Source of the DNA: Bacilli bacterium
GTDB taxonomy: Bacteria; Bacillota_I; Bacilli_A; RF39; UBA660
NCBI GenBank assembly: GCA_017617435.1
Contig: JAFZWF010000018.1
Span: 52,642 to 116,641, forward strand
Length of the DNA: 64,000 bases
Reading direction: 5' to 3'
The position numbers and the translations under genes were made by a program. Positions 47,313 through 57,310 of the stretch are shown piece by piece (the stretch's first letter is position 1; each line of letters opens with the position of its first letter). The notes beneath the pieces are model-generated. The model did not search any database and had not been told where the DNA came from. It saw nothing but the letters and a program-made list of their open reading frames with translations.

Positions 47313-47723
47313 CTATTCTTTATTTGAAAAAACAAAAAATTTGCTAAATAAATAATTAAGAAGAATTATAATTATCTGAACTATAAGTTTAGATATTCTG
47401 TCATTAACGTTAAAGATGGTTACCATCATAAACATCATGAACATATCAATTACTAAAGTAACTATTCTTGAACAAGAAAAAAGAAAGAATTCTTTTAAAA
47501 TTTTCACAGATTTACTTTTAAAAACAAAAATTCTGTTTGTAATATAAGCAAATATAACAGCTACAATCCACGAAATAACATTAGCAATTTGAAGTTCAAT
47601 AGCTTTTTTTGGATCTAAAAAAGCTATTGTAAGTAAATAATATGTTGTTAAACTTACAATAGTTGTTAAAACTCCAACAATAAAATATCTAATAAATTCA
47701 TTATATTTTCTAAATTTATTCAT
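47313..47723 (-). CDS. GtrA-family membrane protein
   Basis: 136 aa with 4 TM helices, FIRYFIVGVLTT and NRIFVF. Adjacent to the GtrB-like GT2. Confidence 0.75.
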   Translation of the reverse strand: MNKFRKYNEFIRYFIVGVLTTIVSLTTYYLLTIAFLDPKKAIELQIANVISWIVAVIFAYITNRIFVFKSKSVKILKEFFLFSCSRIVTLVIDMFMMFMMVTIFNVNDRISKLIVQIIIILLNYLFSKFFVFSNKE

Positions 47724-47741
47724 CTAATCAATCCTAAAAAT

Positions 47742-48677
47742 TTATTTTAAATTATCTTCTTTAACAATATATATAGGTCTATTTTTATTTTCTAAATAAT
47801 TTTTAGATAAATACTCACCTAATATTCCAATACATAATAACTGTATACCACTTACAAATAAAACAATGCTTGATACAGTAAATACTCCAGATACATTATT
47901 ATTAAAAATAACAGAGTTTATAAATAAAAATATTAACATAATAGATGATGCTATAGTAAATAAAAAACCTAATATAAAAGATATAATAAGTGGAACTGTA
48001 GTAAATGCTACTATTCCATTTACTGCGTATTTAAACAATTGCCAAAAAGACCACTTAGTTTCTCCTGCAATTCTTTTAACATTTTCATATTCTAACCATT
48101 TAGTTTTAAATCCAACAAAACTAAATATACCATTTGCATATCTGTTATATTCTTTTAAAGATACAACAGCATCTACAACCTGTCTTTTCATTAGTCTAAA
48201 ATTTCTAGCACCATCAACAAGTTCGATTTTAGACATTTTATTAATAAGTTTATAAAATCTTCTTGCGAAGAAACTTCTTATTTTAGGTTCACCTTTTCTT
48301 GTAACTCTCCTTGTTGCAACAGTATCATAGTCTTCATTTTCTAAAATATTATACATTTCTTCTAGTAATTTTGGTGGATCTTGTAAATCAGCATCCATAA
48401 TTGCAATGTAATCACCTGTTACTTTTTCTAAACCAGAATACATAGCTGCTTCTTTACCAAAATTTCTTGAAAAGGAAATATACTTAACTCGTTTATCTTT
48501 TTTAGATAATTCTTTAATAACATTTAAAGTATTATCAGTTGATCCATCATCAATAAATAAGTACTCAAAATTGCACTTTTTTTCCATAGATATAGAAATT
48601 TTATTTATTTCTTTATAAAATATTGGAAGAGCTTCTTCTTCGTTAAAACAAGGTACAATTATGGATAATTTTTTCAT
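47742..48677 (-). CDS. GtrB/CsbB-like polyprenyl-phosphate glycosyltransferase (GT2 with C-terminal TM helices)
   Basis: LSIIVPCFNEEEAL, IDDGSTDNT, MDADLQDPP and two C-terminal TM helices. Confidence 0.85.
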   Translation of the reverse strand: MKKLSIIVPCFNEEEALPIFYKEINKISISMEKKCNFEYLFIDDGSTDNTLNVIKELSKKDKRVKYISFSRNFGKEAAMYSGLEKVTGDYIAIMDADLQDPPKLLEEMYNILENEDYDTVATRRVTRKGEPKIRSFFARRFYKLINKMSKIELVDGARNFRLMKRQVVDAVVSLKEYNRYANGIFSFVGFKTKWLEYENVKRIAGETKWSFWQLFKYAVNGIVAFTTVPLIISFILGFLFTIASSIMLIFLFINSVIFNNNVSGVFTVSSIVLFVSGIQLLCIGILGEYLSKNYLENKNRPIYIVKEDNLK

Positions 48678-48773
48678 AAATAATCCTCCTAAAATAACTA
48701 GTTTTATTATATAATTTTAGAATATAAAAAGCAAATTATATTTATATAAATAAAAAGAGACCTTTGTCTCTTC

Positions 48774-50224
48774 TTATTTTCCTTTTTGAATCTTTTTAAT
48801 AGTATTTTTAGCTTCTATTACTGTTTGTTCATCAGGAACCATTATCCATGACTCTTCAGTTCCTAAATGGCCAACACCAATCATGTCAGTTCCATTTAAA
48901 CTTTGTTCAATAATTTCAAATTTATTACCATCAATAACTTTTTTAATTAATTTTTTTAATGTTTTTTGATTCATATCTGTGGTATATAAACCTTCAAGTG
49001 AATCAAGTACTTCAGTATAATTAGAAAGTGTTGTTGTAGATGCAAGCTTATCTATAATGCTTATTAAAATTTCACGGCAATTTTTTTGTCTATATCTATC
49101 ACGTCCAGGGAAAGCATTTCTTTCTCTTGCAATAACTAATATTTGAATACCATTATATTTTTTACAGCCCTTAGTTACATGAAGTTTTTTACCCTTCGTA
49201 TCATCAAATGTATTAAGAACCATAGCATGTGTTGTTATAAAATCATATTCTGAACAATACTCAATTCCACCAAGTGAATCAACAACATCAACTAAACTAT
49301 TAGTATTTAAATTGATTGTATAATCAATTTTAATATCTAAAAGTTTTTCTAGCGCTTCTTTACTTACTTCAGGATCAAGTGATCCTAAACACATTAAAGT
49401 ATCTTTTATATTATAAGCAGGAACATCTATATAATAATCTCTTGGAATAGATGTAAGAACTACTCTTCTTGTTTTCATATTAACAGTAGCTATTAAGTTA
49501 TAATCACGCATTATACCTGTAAAATCAAGACCATTAATATATATATTAAATGTATCAGGTGTTTCTTTATTAGTCTTTATTTCATCTGTTACAACAAAGC
49601 TATGAATTATTTTAAAGTCATCTTTATTAATTAGTTCAATGTTACTACTTTCAAATACATAATCAAAATTTGCTCTTGCAATAAGAAGATATTTATTTTG
49701 ATCTTCTTTAATTTGTCTCATTGATTTAATTACACTATCTACACTAACAAGATTTTTCTTACCTATTTGTTTAAGTGCTTTATCAATAGAACGACTATAT
49801 TTATAATATTCAACTTGATCAGCATCAGTAATTCCATCTAAAGTTGAAATGCTACTTTTTGCTGATGCAATAACGATATATTCTGTTTCGATTTTATAGG
49901 TTTCCTGATTAAATACATTATCTATATAACTATTAATCTTACTTATATAATGATAACCTAATAGATTAGCAGTAATAACTAATATATATAAAATAATACC
50001 AATAATTACTAAAACTTTTTTTCGTGCATTATATAAAAGAAATGCACCTACAAATAAAATAGTTTCTATTAATACAAATAAAATTAAGTATTTAGTTGGT
50101 AAAACATTTAATTTAAATACTTGAAATACAGCTAGAAAAAGAATAATAAAAACAACTAAACTTAAGATATTTTTTATAATAAATTTTTTCTTCTTACGTT
50201 TTATTCTTCTCATAACACACCTCA
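48774..50224 (-). CDS. LytR-CpsA-Psr (LCP) family glycopolymer ligase
   Basis: N-terminal TM helices and the LCP core (VNMKTRRVVLTSIPRDYYIDV, ARERNAFPGRDRYRQ). ATG 50224 follows TATAAT and GAGGTG. Confidence 0.8.
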
Positions 50225-50324
50225 TAAAACTTAAATAATTATAACACAATAATTTACCAAGGTAAATTAATAAAATTGAAATCAAAATATACATATGATA
50301 TTATTTATTTGAAAGTAGGATACT

Positions 50325-51620
50325 ATGAAAAAATTTATAAAAATATGTGAAATTATTATGTTTATATTATATTTAGTTTTATTACCATTTTTAAAAGATA
50401 AAACAAGCACATTATTAGCTTTTCCAGCACTTTTATTAATTATATATATATCTAGTAAAATTAAAACAAAAAGATTTGCAATTTATCTTTTAATATCAGC
50501 TCTTCTAATAAGAATTATATCTATATTTTATTTTAAGGTATATATCGTGGATGACTTTAAAACCATGTATGATGAAAGTATTAAATTAATAAACGGAAAT
50601 ATATCATTTATAAATAATCCATACTTTATTAGTTTTCCATATCAAATAGGTCATGTAATTTATCAAGCATTATTTTTAAAGATATTTAATAGCATTGTAT
50701 TTTTAAAAATAATTAATAGTATAATCACATCATTAATAGTTTTATTTATATATTTAATAAGTAAAAAACTAACAAGTGATAAATATGCTAGAATTGTATC
50801 TATATTATATTTATTCATGTTTTACCCATTATATTTAAATTCAGTACTTACAAATCAGCATCTTCCTGCTCTTTTATCTTTAGTAGGTGTTTATTTATTA
50901 ATAAAAGATAAAGATATAACTACAAAAAAGATGATTTATATAGGTTTAATTTTTGGTATTGCAAATATATTTAGAACCGAATCCATCGTTTTTATTATAG
51001 GAATAATTGGTTATAATTTATTTATTATAGATGATAGTTTTAAAAAGAAATCATTTTTAAGTTTAACTCTTATAGTAACTTATTTTACATTTAATATTTT
51101 AATTTCTAATATTGTATACATGACTCCTTTAAAAACAAAACTTGGTAATAAATATCCAGAATGGAAAGTTTATTGTGGTTTAAGTGTTAAACATAATGGT
51201 ATATATAATGAAGAAGATCAAAATACATTCTTTGAAAGTAATAATAAAAAAGAGGTATTAATTGAAAGAATTAAAAATGATAAAGCAAAAATCCCACTAT
51301 TAATGTTAAAAAAAGAAGTAATTTTAAATACGCAAACAAACTATGACTTAAGACTTAAAAATAATATAAATAATAACATTCTTCATTTTAATCAAGGATA
51401 TTTAAATTTAATAATTATACTATTTGTTATAAGTTTACTACCAAGGAAAAAAGATACTAACAAAAAAATAATACTAATTAAAATAATTCTTGCACTATAC
51501 TATTTTGTATATTTATTCATTGAAATATCACCAAGATATGCATATATAATTCATATATTAATGTTTACAATACTAGGAATAGGAATAGAAAATATTAATA
51601 ATTTATTAAAAAAACATTAA
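50325..51620 (+). CDS. GT-C fold polytopic glycosyltransferase (ArnT/PMT-like)
   Basis: 431 aa with more than 10 TM helices. Divergent from the LCP gene and close to GtrA/GtrB. The call rests on architecture and context. Confidence 0.5.
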   Translation: MKKFIKICEIIMFILYLVLLPFLKDKTSTLLAFPALLLIIYISSKIKTKRFAIYLLISALLIRIISIFYFKVYIVDDFKTMYDESIKLINGNISFINNPYFISFPYQIGHVIYQALFLKIFNSIVFLKIINSIITSLIVLFIYLISKKLTSDKYARIVSILYLFMFYPLYLNSVLTNQHLPALLSLVGVYLLIKDKDITTKKMIYIGLIFGIANIFRTESIVFIIGIIGYNLFIIDDSFKKKSFLSLTLIVTYFTFNILISNIVYMTPLKTKLGNKYPEWKVYCGLSVKHNGIYNEEDQNTFFESNNKKEVLIERIKNDKAKIPLLMLKKEVILNTQTNYDLRLKNNINNNILHFNQGYLNLIIILFVISLLPRKKDTNKKIILIKIILALYYFVYLFIEISPRYAYIIHILMFTILGIGIENINNLLKKH

Positions 51621-51642
51621 GAAATAGTTCTTAATGTTTTTT
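51608..51642. terminator. bidirectional terminator between convergent genes
   Basis: AAAACATTAAGAA (51611-51623) pairs with TTCTTAATGTTTT (51628-51640). The hairpin overlaps both stop codons. Confidence 0.8.
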
Positions 51643-52437
51643 ATCTATAAATTTTAAACTTTCCTTTGGTGTAGGTAAATCCTCAGGCATTGTTCCACTG
51701 GCCTCTTTAATAGCATTTCGAACAATCTTACCAATATTATAGTGAACATCACATGAATCTTTTTCTGTTTTTATATTTTCTTTTTTTAATTTGGAATTTG
51801 TATGAACTATCCTAAATGCATTATCTATCAACTCCTCGCTACACATATTATCTAAAATATCTTCACGATAATTTAACTTTTTTCTTTTAAAAATATCATT
51901 TGCAGTTTCTCCATTATACAAACCTTTATAACCAGCATTATGAAATTTATCAAAGTTTCTAACTCCAGATTCCTTCGCAATATTATTTAGTGATTGATTA
52001 GCTTTACGAATTATTTCTCTATGATATATTCTTTTTTCGTCCTCAGACAATTTATCATAGTCTTTATCAAATATTTCTTGTTTTCTTGCCTTAACTATAA
52101 AATACGTTTGTGCCATTGCAATAACTTCTTTTTTAACATCACCATTTAATGATATTAAATAACATGCATACCTAGATAATTTGTAGTCCGAAATAGTTCT
52201 GATTGAATCACCTGTTTTAACCATTTTGTTGACATTAACAAAATGGTTATTAATATTTTCACAACTCTTACTACAGCTCAATTTTGCTTTATTAATAACA
52301 TCATAAAAATTTCTCCATTCTTTATATTTAAGGACATTCTGTAACTCTCTTGCTAGCCAATATTCGTTACCATCTTCATCTACATGTTTAATAGATTCAA
52401 AGACCTTATAATTATAAGTTCCTAAATTATATTTCAT
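51631..52437 (-). CDS. dinD: DNA damage-inducible protein D (Bro-N-like N-terminal domain)
   Basis: FESIKHVDEDGNEYWLARELQNVLKYKEWRNF plus a C-terminal region typical of DinD. Confidence 0.75.
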   Translation of the reverse strand: MKYNLGTYNYKVFESIKHVDEDGNEYWLARELQNVLKYKEWRNFYDVINKAKLSCSKSCENINNHFVNVNKMVKTGDSIRTISDYKLSRYACYLISLNGDVKKEVIAMAQTYFIVKARKQEIFDKDYDKLSEDEKRIYHREIIRKANQSLNNIAKESGVRNFDKFHNAGYKGLYNGETANDIFKRKKLNYREDILDNMCSEELIDNAFRIVHTNSKLKKENIKTEKDSCDVHYNIGKIVRNAIKEASGTMPEDLPTPKESLKFIDKKH

Positions 52438-52514
52438 TATAAAAAAACAGTCCTTTCTTTTTTATGGACTGTTACTTTATATTAAAATATAAAAACATTT
52501 TGTTGAATTATGTA

Positions 52515-54071
52515 TTATTTGTTAATTTTATTAATAATTGCTTCTGCAACTCTTATTCCATCAATAGAAGCAGATGTTATACCTCCTGCATAACCTGCTC
52601 CTTCACCACATGGATAAATTCCTTTTATATTTGATTCTAAATTATCATCTCTTAAAATTCTAATTGGTGAAGATGTTCTAGCTTCAACAGCAGCAATAAT
52701 GACATCATCATTATTAAATCCTTTAATTTGATTATTAAAGTGATCAATAGCTTCTTTTAAAGAACTATTAATATATTCAGGGAATATATTATTTATATTA
52801 CTAAAGTTAAAGCCACCTTTAAATATAGGTTTTATAGATCCAAAAGAAGTACTTATTTGATTTAATTTATAGTCTTTATATAAAGATATAGGAATAAGTC
52901 CTTTTCCTTCTATATAAGCTTTATTTTCAAGTTCTTCTTGAAAATGCATACCATCAAATATATTATTACCAAAATCAGATGGTGAAACAGTTACAACTAT
53001 AGCACTATTTGCATTTTCTTCTTCTCTATCATGATTACTCATTCCGTTAATACATAGCCTATTTTCTTCGGATGATGAATTAACCACAAAACCACCAGGG
53101 CACATGCAAAAAGAATATACTCCTCTACCATCTTTTGTTTGATAAGTTAATTTATAGTCTGCATTATCTAAATATTTATAAGCATCACCATACTGATTAT
53201 TATTAATTAGATCTTGTTTATGTTGAACTCTAACTCCAACAGCAAAAGCTTTTGGTATTAATGTTAAATATTCATTTAACATTTTAAATGTATCTCTTGC
53301 AGAGTGGCCTATTGCAAGAACTAAATTATCAGTTTTATATGTATCTATGTTATTGATAACAACAGATTTTATTTCATTATTTATAATATTAATGCTAGTT
53401 AAAGTTGAACTGTAATGAATTTCACCACCAAGTTCAATTATCTTATTTCTCATATTTTTAATAACATTTCTAAGGACATCTGTTCCAATATGGGGTTTAT
53501 TTAAGTACAGAATTTCTTCCGGAGCACCGCACTCAACAAAAGTTTTAAATACAAACTTCTGTCTTAATGTTTCCTTTATCATTGTATTAAGTTTTCCATC
53601 AGAAAAAGTCCCTGCTCCACCTTCGCCAAATTGAATATTTGAATTAATATTTAATTTATTATTATTCCAAAATTCTTCAACGTCTTTAATTCTTTCATCT
53701 ATTTTTTTACCACGTTCAAATATAATTGGTTTTAAACCGGCTTTTGCAAGAATATAGGAACAAAATAAACCAGCAGGTCCAAGACCTATGATTATAGGCC
53801 TTACGTCAGAATTCATATTACATGTTGGAATAGTATATTCTTCTAAATTCACTTTGGAAACGTCATTCAATTTTAAATATTTATCTTCATTAGGTATTGT
53901 TATATCAATTTCATATACATAAAATACATCAGGTTTATGTCTTGCATCAATTGATCTTTTGTTTATCTTATATGAAGTGATATCTTTATTAAATAATTTA
54001 GATAATTTTTGTTTAATATATCTATCCTGATCTAAAGATACATTTATTTTTACATTATTAATTCTTAGCAT
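52515..54071 (-). CDS. FAD-dependent oxidoreductase (COG2509-type)
   Basis: IIIGLGPAGLF dinucleotide loop, GEGGAGTFSDGKL and CGEGAGYAGGI. Confidence 0.75.
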   Translation of the reverse strand: MLRINNVKINVSLDQDRYIKQKLSKLFNKDITSYKINKRSIDARHKPDVFYVYEIDITIPNEDKYLKLNDVSKVNLEEYTIPTCNMNSDVRPIIIGLGPAGLFCSYILAKAGLKPIIFERGKKIDERIKDVEEFWNNNKLNINSNIQFGEGGAGTFSDGKLNTMIKETLRQKFVFKTFVECGAPEEILYLNKPHIGTDVLRNVIKNMRNKIIELGGEIHYSSTLTSINIINNEIKSVVINNIDTYKTDNLVLAIGHSARDTFKMLNEYLTLIPKAFAVGVRVQHKQDLINNNQYGDAYKYLDNADYKLTYQTKDGRGVYSFCMCPGGFVVNSSSEENRLCINGMSNHDREEENANSAIVVTVSPSDFGNNIFDGMHFQEELENKAYIEGKGLIPISLYKDYKLNQISTSFGSIKPIFKGGFNFSNINNIFPEYINSSLKEAIDHFNNQIKGFNNDDVIIAAVEARTSSPIRILRDDNLESNIKGIYPCGEGAGYAGGITSASIDGIRVAEAIINKINK

Positions 54072-54095
54072 AATTAAAACCTCATATTAATAAAA

Positions 54096-55292
54096 CTACT
54101 TTATATTTCCAGCTAGTAATCCTGAAATCCATGCAAAAGATAAATTGTAACCACCACATGCTCCATCAACATCTAGTATTTCGCCACAAAAATATAAATT
54201 TTTCTCTTTTAATGATTCGAGTGTTTCAGCATCTATCTCTTTTAAATCAATTCCACCAGATGTTACTTGGGCATTTTCAAAACCATTGTCGTCAGTTATT
54301 TTATAATTATTATTTAAAATATAGTGACATAATAGATCAAGTTCGTCATTAGTTAAATCTTCTACTTTACTTTTAGGATCAATATTTGATTTATCTAAAA
54401 AATAATTAGATAATTTATAGTTAAATAATTGATCTAGAATTTGAGTAATAGTTTTATTATTTAAATGTTTACTTTGAACCTTTATAAATGATCTTAAACC
54501 AAGAATATCAGATGCTATGTTAGGAAGGAAGTTTATAGAGATAAATACATTTTTATTTTCATCCAATGCTTTGATAGCTTTAGATGAAATTTGCATTACC
54601 GGTATTCCACTAAAACCATACTCGTTTATTTGTATTTCGCCAAGTTCGCTTTCCACTTCTTCATTATTAATCAATAATTTTATTTCACCTATAAATCTTA
54701 CGCCTGAAAGATCTTTTAAATTTTCTTCTGTTTTTAAACCTACTAATGCTGGTAATGGTTTAATAATATTATGATTAAACTGTTGTGCTATTTTATATCC
54801 AAAACCATCTGATCCTGTTTTAGAAGCAGCCATACCACCTGTTGCAATAATTAAAACGTCAGATTCATAATTATTATTTATAATAAATTTGTTATCTTTC
54901 TTTTTAACATCAGTAACTTCTTCATTAATAATTTTTACACCATTATTTTTAACTTCATCCACTAAAGCATTAACAACACTTATAGCTTGCTGACTACTTG
55001 GATAATAATAACCATTTTTAATATATGGTACAAGTCCTATTGAATCTAAAAATGTATGTGCTTTAACTAAATTCATTTGATTTACTATTTTTGTGTAATC
55101 ACCTGATGAATGATAATTACTTAAATCTTGATTTTCATTCCAGTAATTACATTTACCATTACCAGTTATTAATATTTTTTTACCAAGTTTATTATTTTTT
55201 TCAAAAATAGTTACATCATTACCATTTTTACTTGCTTTTATTGCTGCGGTAAGGCCTGATGCGCCACCACCAATAATAAATACTTTTTTCAT
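54096..55292 (-). CDS. HI0933/BaiN-like NAD(P)/FAD-dependent oxidoreductase
   Basis: VFIIGGGASGLTAA, ITGNGKCN, ATGGMA and VTSGGI. ATG 55292 follows GGTGG. Confidence 0.8.
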   Translation of the reverse strand: MKKVFIIGGGASGLTAAIKASKNGNDVTIFEKNNKLGKKILITGNGKCNYWNENQDLSNYHSSGDYTKIVNQMNLVKAHTFLDSIGLVPYIKNGYYYPSSQQAISVVNALVDEVKNNGVKIINEEVTDVKKKDNKFIINNNYESDVLIIATGGMAASKTGSDGFGYKIAQQFNHNIIKPLPALVGLKTEENLKDLSGVRFIGEIKLLINNEEVESELGEIQINEYGFSGIPVMQISSKAIKALDENKNVFISINFLPNIASDILGLRSFIKVQSKHLNNKTITQILDQLFNYKLSNYFLDKSNIDPKSKVEDLTNDELDLLCHYILNNNYKITDDNGFENAQVTSGGIDLKEIDAETLESLKEKNLYFCGEILDVDGACGGYNLSFAWISGLLAGNIK

Positions 55293-55366
55293 ATTTACCA
55301 CCAAATTTCTTTAATCAAATTAATTATACAATAAAAAAAATCTTTAAACAATTTTGTTAAAGATTT

Positions 55367-56305
55367 TTAATGTATAATTTGATACATTGTACAGTAAAGT
55401 TTTGTAATAAATTTATGAGTTTTTATAAATCTTTTTATAAAATTAATTCTTTTTAAATATTCTGATTTTTTCCATTTAGGATCAATCTCATAAAGTTTAT
55501 TAAATCCATCATCTATAAAATTATTTCTAAACTTTCTATTTTTTATATATCTTTGTTGAATTATATAATCAGTTAAAATAGAAACAGATAGTTCCTTAAA
55601 TGCTGAATCATAAATTTTGCTATTTAATTCCTTTTTTAGGATATCCATAATGTATAAAATATCTCTAATCGATTCATTTTTTGTAGTTGTTTGACTATTA
55701 TCATGAATTACATAATAAGATAAGCATTCATCGATTTTAGTAATTTTTTTAGCATTTTTTAAACTTTTTACAACAAACGGTGTATCTTCATATTTATGTT
55801 CTTCATCAAATTTGATATTTTTAATTAAATCTTTTTTATAAAGTTTATTGCAAGGACCCATATTAATAAAATTAAGTAGTCCTGGATTTTCTTGAAGTGT
55901 GCAACTATCAAAGTGAGGAAAAGTTATTTTAATAAGTTTACCTTGAATATCTTTAAAAAAATCACTAACTATTAAATCTGAATCAGTTTCAATTGCTTTA
56001 TTATACATTTTTTCAACACAATCATAATCTATATAATCATCAGAATCAATAAACATAATATAATCACCAGATGCTATGCTTACACCATAATTTCTGGTTT
56101 TTCCAATTCCTTTATTTGTTTGTTTGATATATTTAATTCTTTCATCATTATAAGACTTGATTATATCTTCGGAATCATCTGTTGATCCATCATTAATTAT
56201 AATAAATTCAATGTCATTAAAAGTTTGATTAATAAGTGAATCAATACATTTATTTAAGTATTTTGAACTGTTATAAACTGGAACAACAACGCTTACTTTT
56301 GGCAT
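55367..56305 (-). CDS. family 2 glycosyltransferase
   Basis: VSVVVPVYNSSKYL, INDGSTDDS, IDSDD. Start ambiguous (56305, 56311 or 56314). Confidence 0.85.
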   Translation of the reverse strand: MPKVSVVVPVYNSSKYLNKCIDSLINQTFNDIEFIIINDGSTDDSEDIIKSYNDERIKYIKQTNKGIGKTRNYGVSIASGDYIMFIDSDDYIDYDCVEKMYNKAIETDSDLIVSDFFKDIQGKLIKITFPHFDSCTLQENPGLLNFINMGPCNKLYKKDLIKNIKFDEEHKYEDTPFVVKSLKNAKKITKIDECLSYYVIHDNSQTTTKNESIRDILYIMDILKKELNSKIYDSAFKELSVSILTDYIIQQRYIKNRKFRNNFIDDGFNKLYEIDPKWKKSEYLKRINFIKRFIKTHKFITKLYCTMYQIIH

Positions 56306-56310
56306 TACCA

Positions 56311-57249
56311 TCACCTCTTAATATATCTAAAAAAGAAAAATGAATTAAATTTAATTAAAAAACATCTTATTTTATTTCTAAAAGAAGTGCCTTTAAGGTG
56401 TTTAAAGCAATTTCTCTTTTTTAAAATTTTATTATATTTTCGGTAGTCCTTATACTTAAGTCTTGTAGAAAAATATATTAAAGAATCATCTAAAAAATCC
56501 TTCACTATTTCAGAATTTTTTATATTATCAAGTTCAAGTTTTTGATAAGTAGCTTGTTTTAACATATCATCCATTTTTTTAATTTTATTATTATAATCAT
56601 CACTATTCATTAAACTATTATCTCTTTGAACATAATTATATCCAATATAAGAAATACATTTAACCTTATTTGCTGATGCAATAATTAATGGTGTTAAACC
56701 GTAATCTTCAGCAACACACCCTTCATTAAACGAGAAATTATTTTCTTTAAAAAATTTATTACTATATGAATATAGCCAAGAGTTTTCAATATAGTGATAA
56801 TTTATTATTTTTTTAAATGCTTCAATGCCATTTTTTGAAATAAATTGTTCTTCATTATATTCATTTATAACATCGTTATTTTTTACTTCTCTAGCTTGAA
56901 ATCTTAATAAATCATATTTATCAATATCTTCATCAACTAATTTTTGAAGTAAATCTTTTTCAATATAATCGTCTCCATCTAAAAATAATATATAGTCTCC
57001 AGTTGCTTTAGATAAACCAATATTTTTAGCTTTAGCAAGACCTGTATTTTTTTCAAAACATTTAATAAACCTTTTATCATTTTTAACATATGAATCTACA
57101 ATTATATTTGATTTATCTTTTGAGTCATCACATACAATAATTACTTCATAGTTTTTATAAGTTTGATTGATTACAGAATCCAAGCATTTTGTTATGTATT
57201 TTTCTATGTTATAAACTGGTATTATAATACTGAATTTTATTTTATTCAT
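56311..57249 (-). CDS. family 2 glycosyltransferase
   Basis: FSIIIPVYNIEKYI, LDGDD. Confidence 0.85.
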   Translation of the reverse strand: MNKIKFSIIIPVYNIEKYITKCLDSVINQTYKNYEVIIVCDDSKDKSNIIVDSYVKNDKRFIKCFEKNTGLAKAKNIGLSKATGDYILFLDGDDYIEKDLLQKLVDEDIDKYDLLRFQAREVKNNDVINEYNEEQFISKNGIEAFKKIINYHYIENSWLYSYSNKFFKENNFSFNEGCVAEDYGLTPLIIASANKVKCISYIGYNYVQRDNSLMNSDDYNNKIKKMDDMLKQATYQKLELDNIKNSEIVKDFLDDSLIYFSTRLKYKDYRKYNKILKKRNCFKHLKGTSFRNKIRCFLIKFNSFFFFRYIKR

Positions 57250-57276
57250 ATCACCACATCCATAATATTATTTTAC

Positions 57277-57306
57277 AAAAAAATACCCATTCTTTAAAGG
57301 GTATTT
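57277..57306 (-). terminator. rho-independent terminator after the MT-GT2 gene
   Basis: AAATACCC (57281-57288) pairs with GGGTATTT (57299-57306), with a T-run on the minus strand. Confidence 0.7.
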
Positions 57307-57310
57307 TTAA

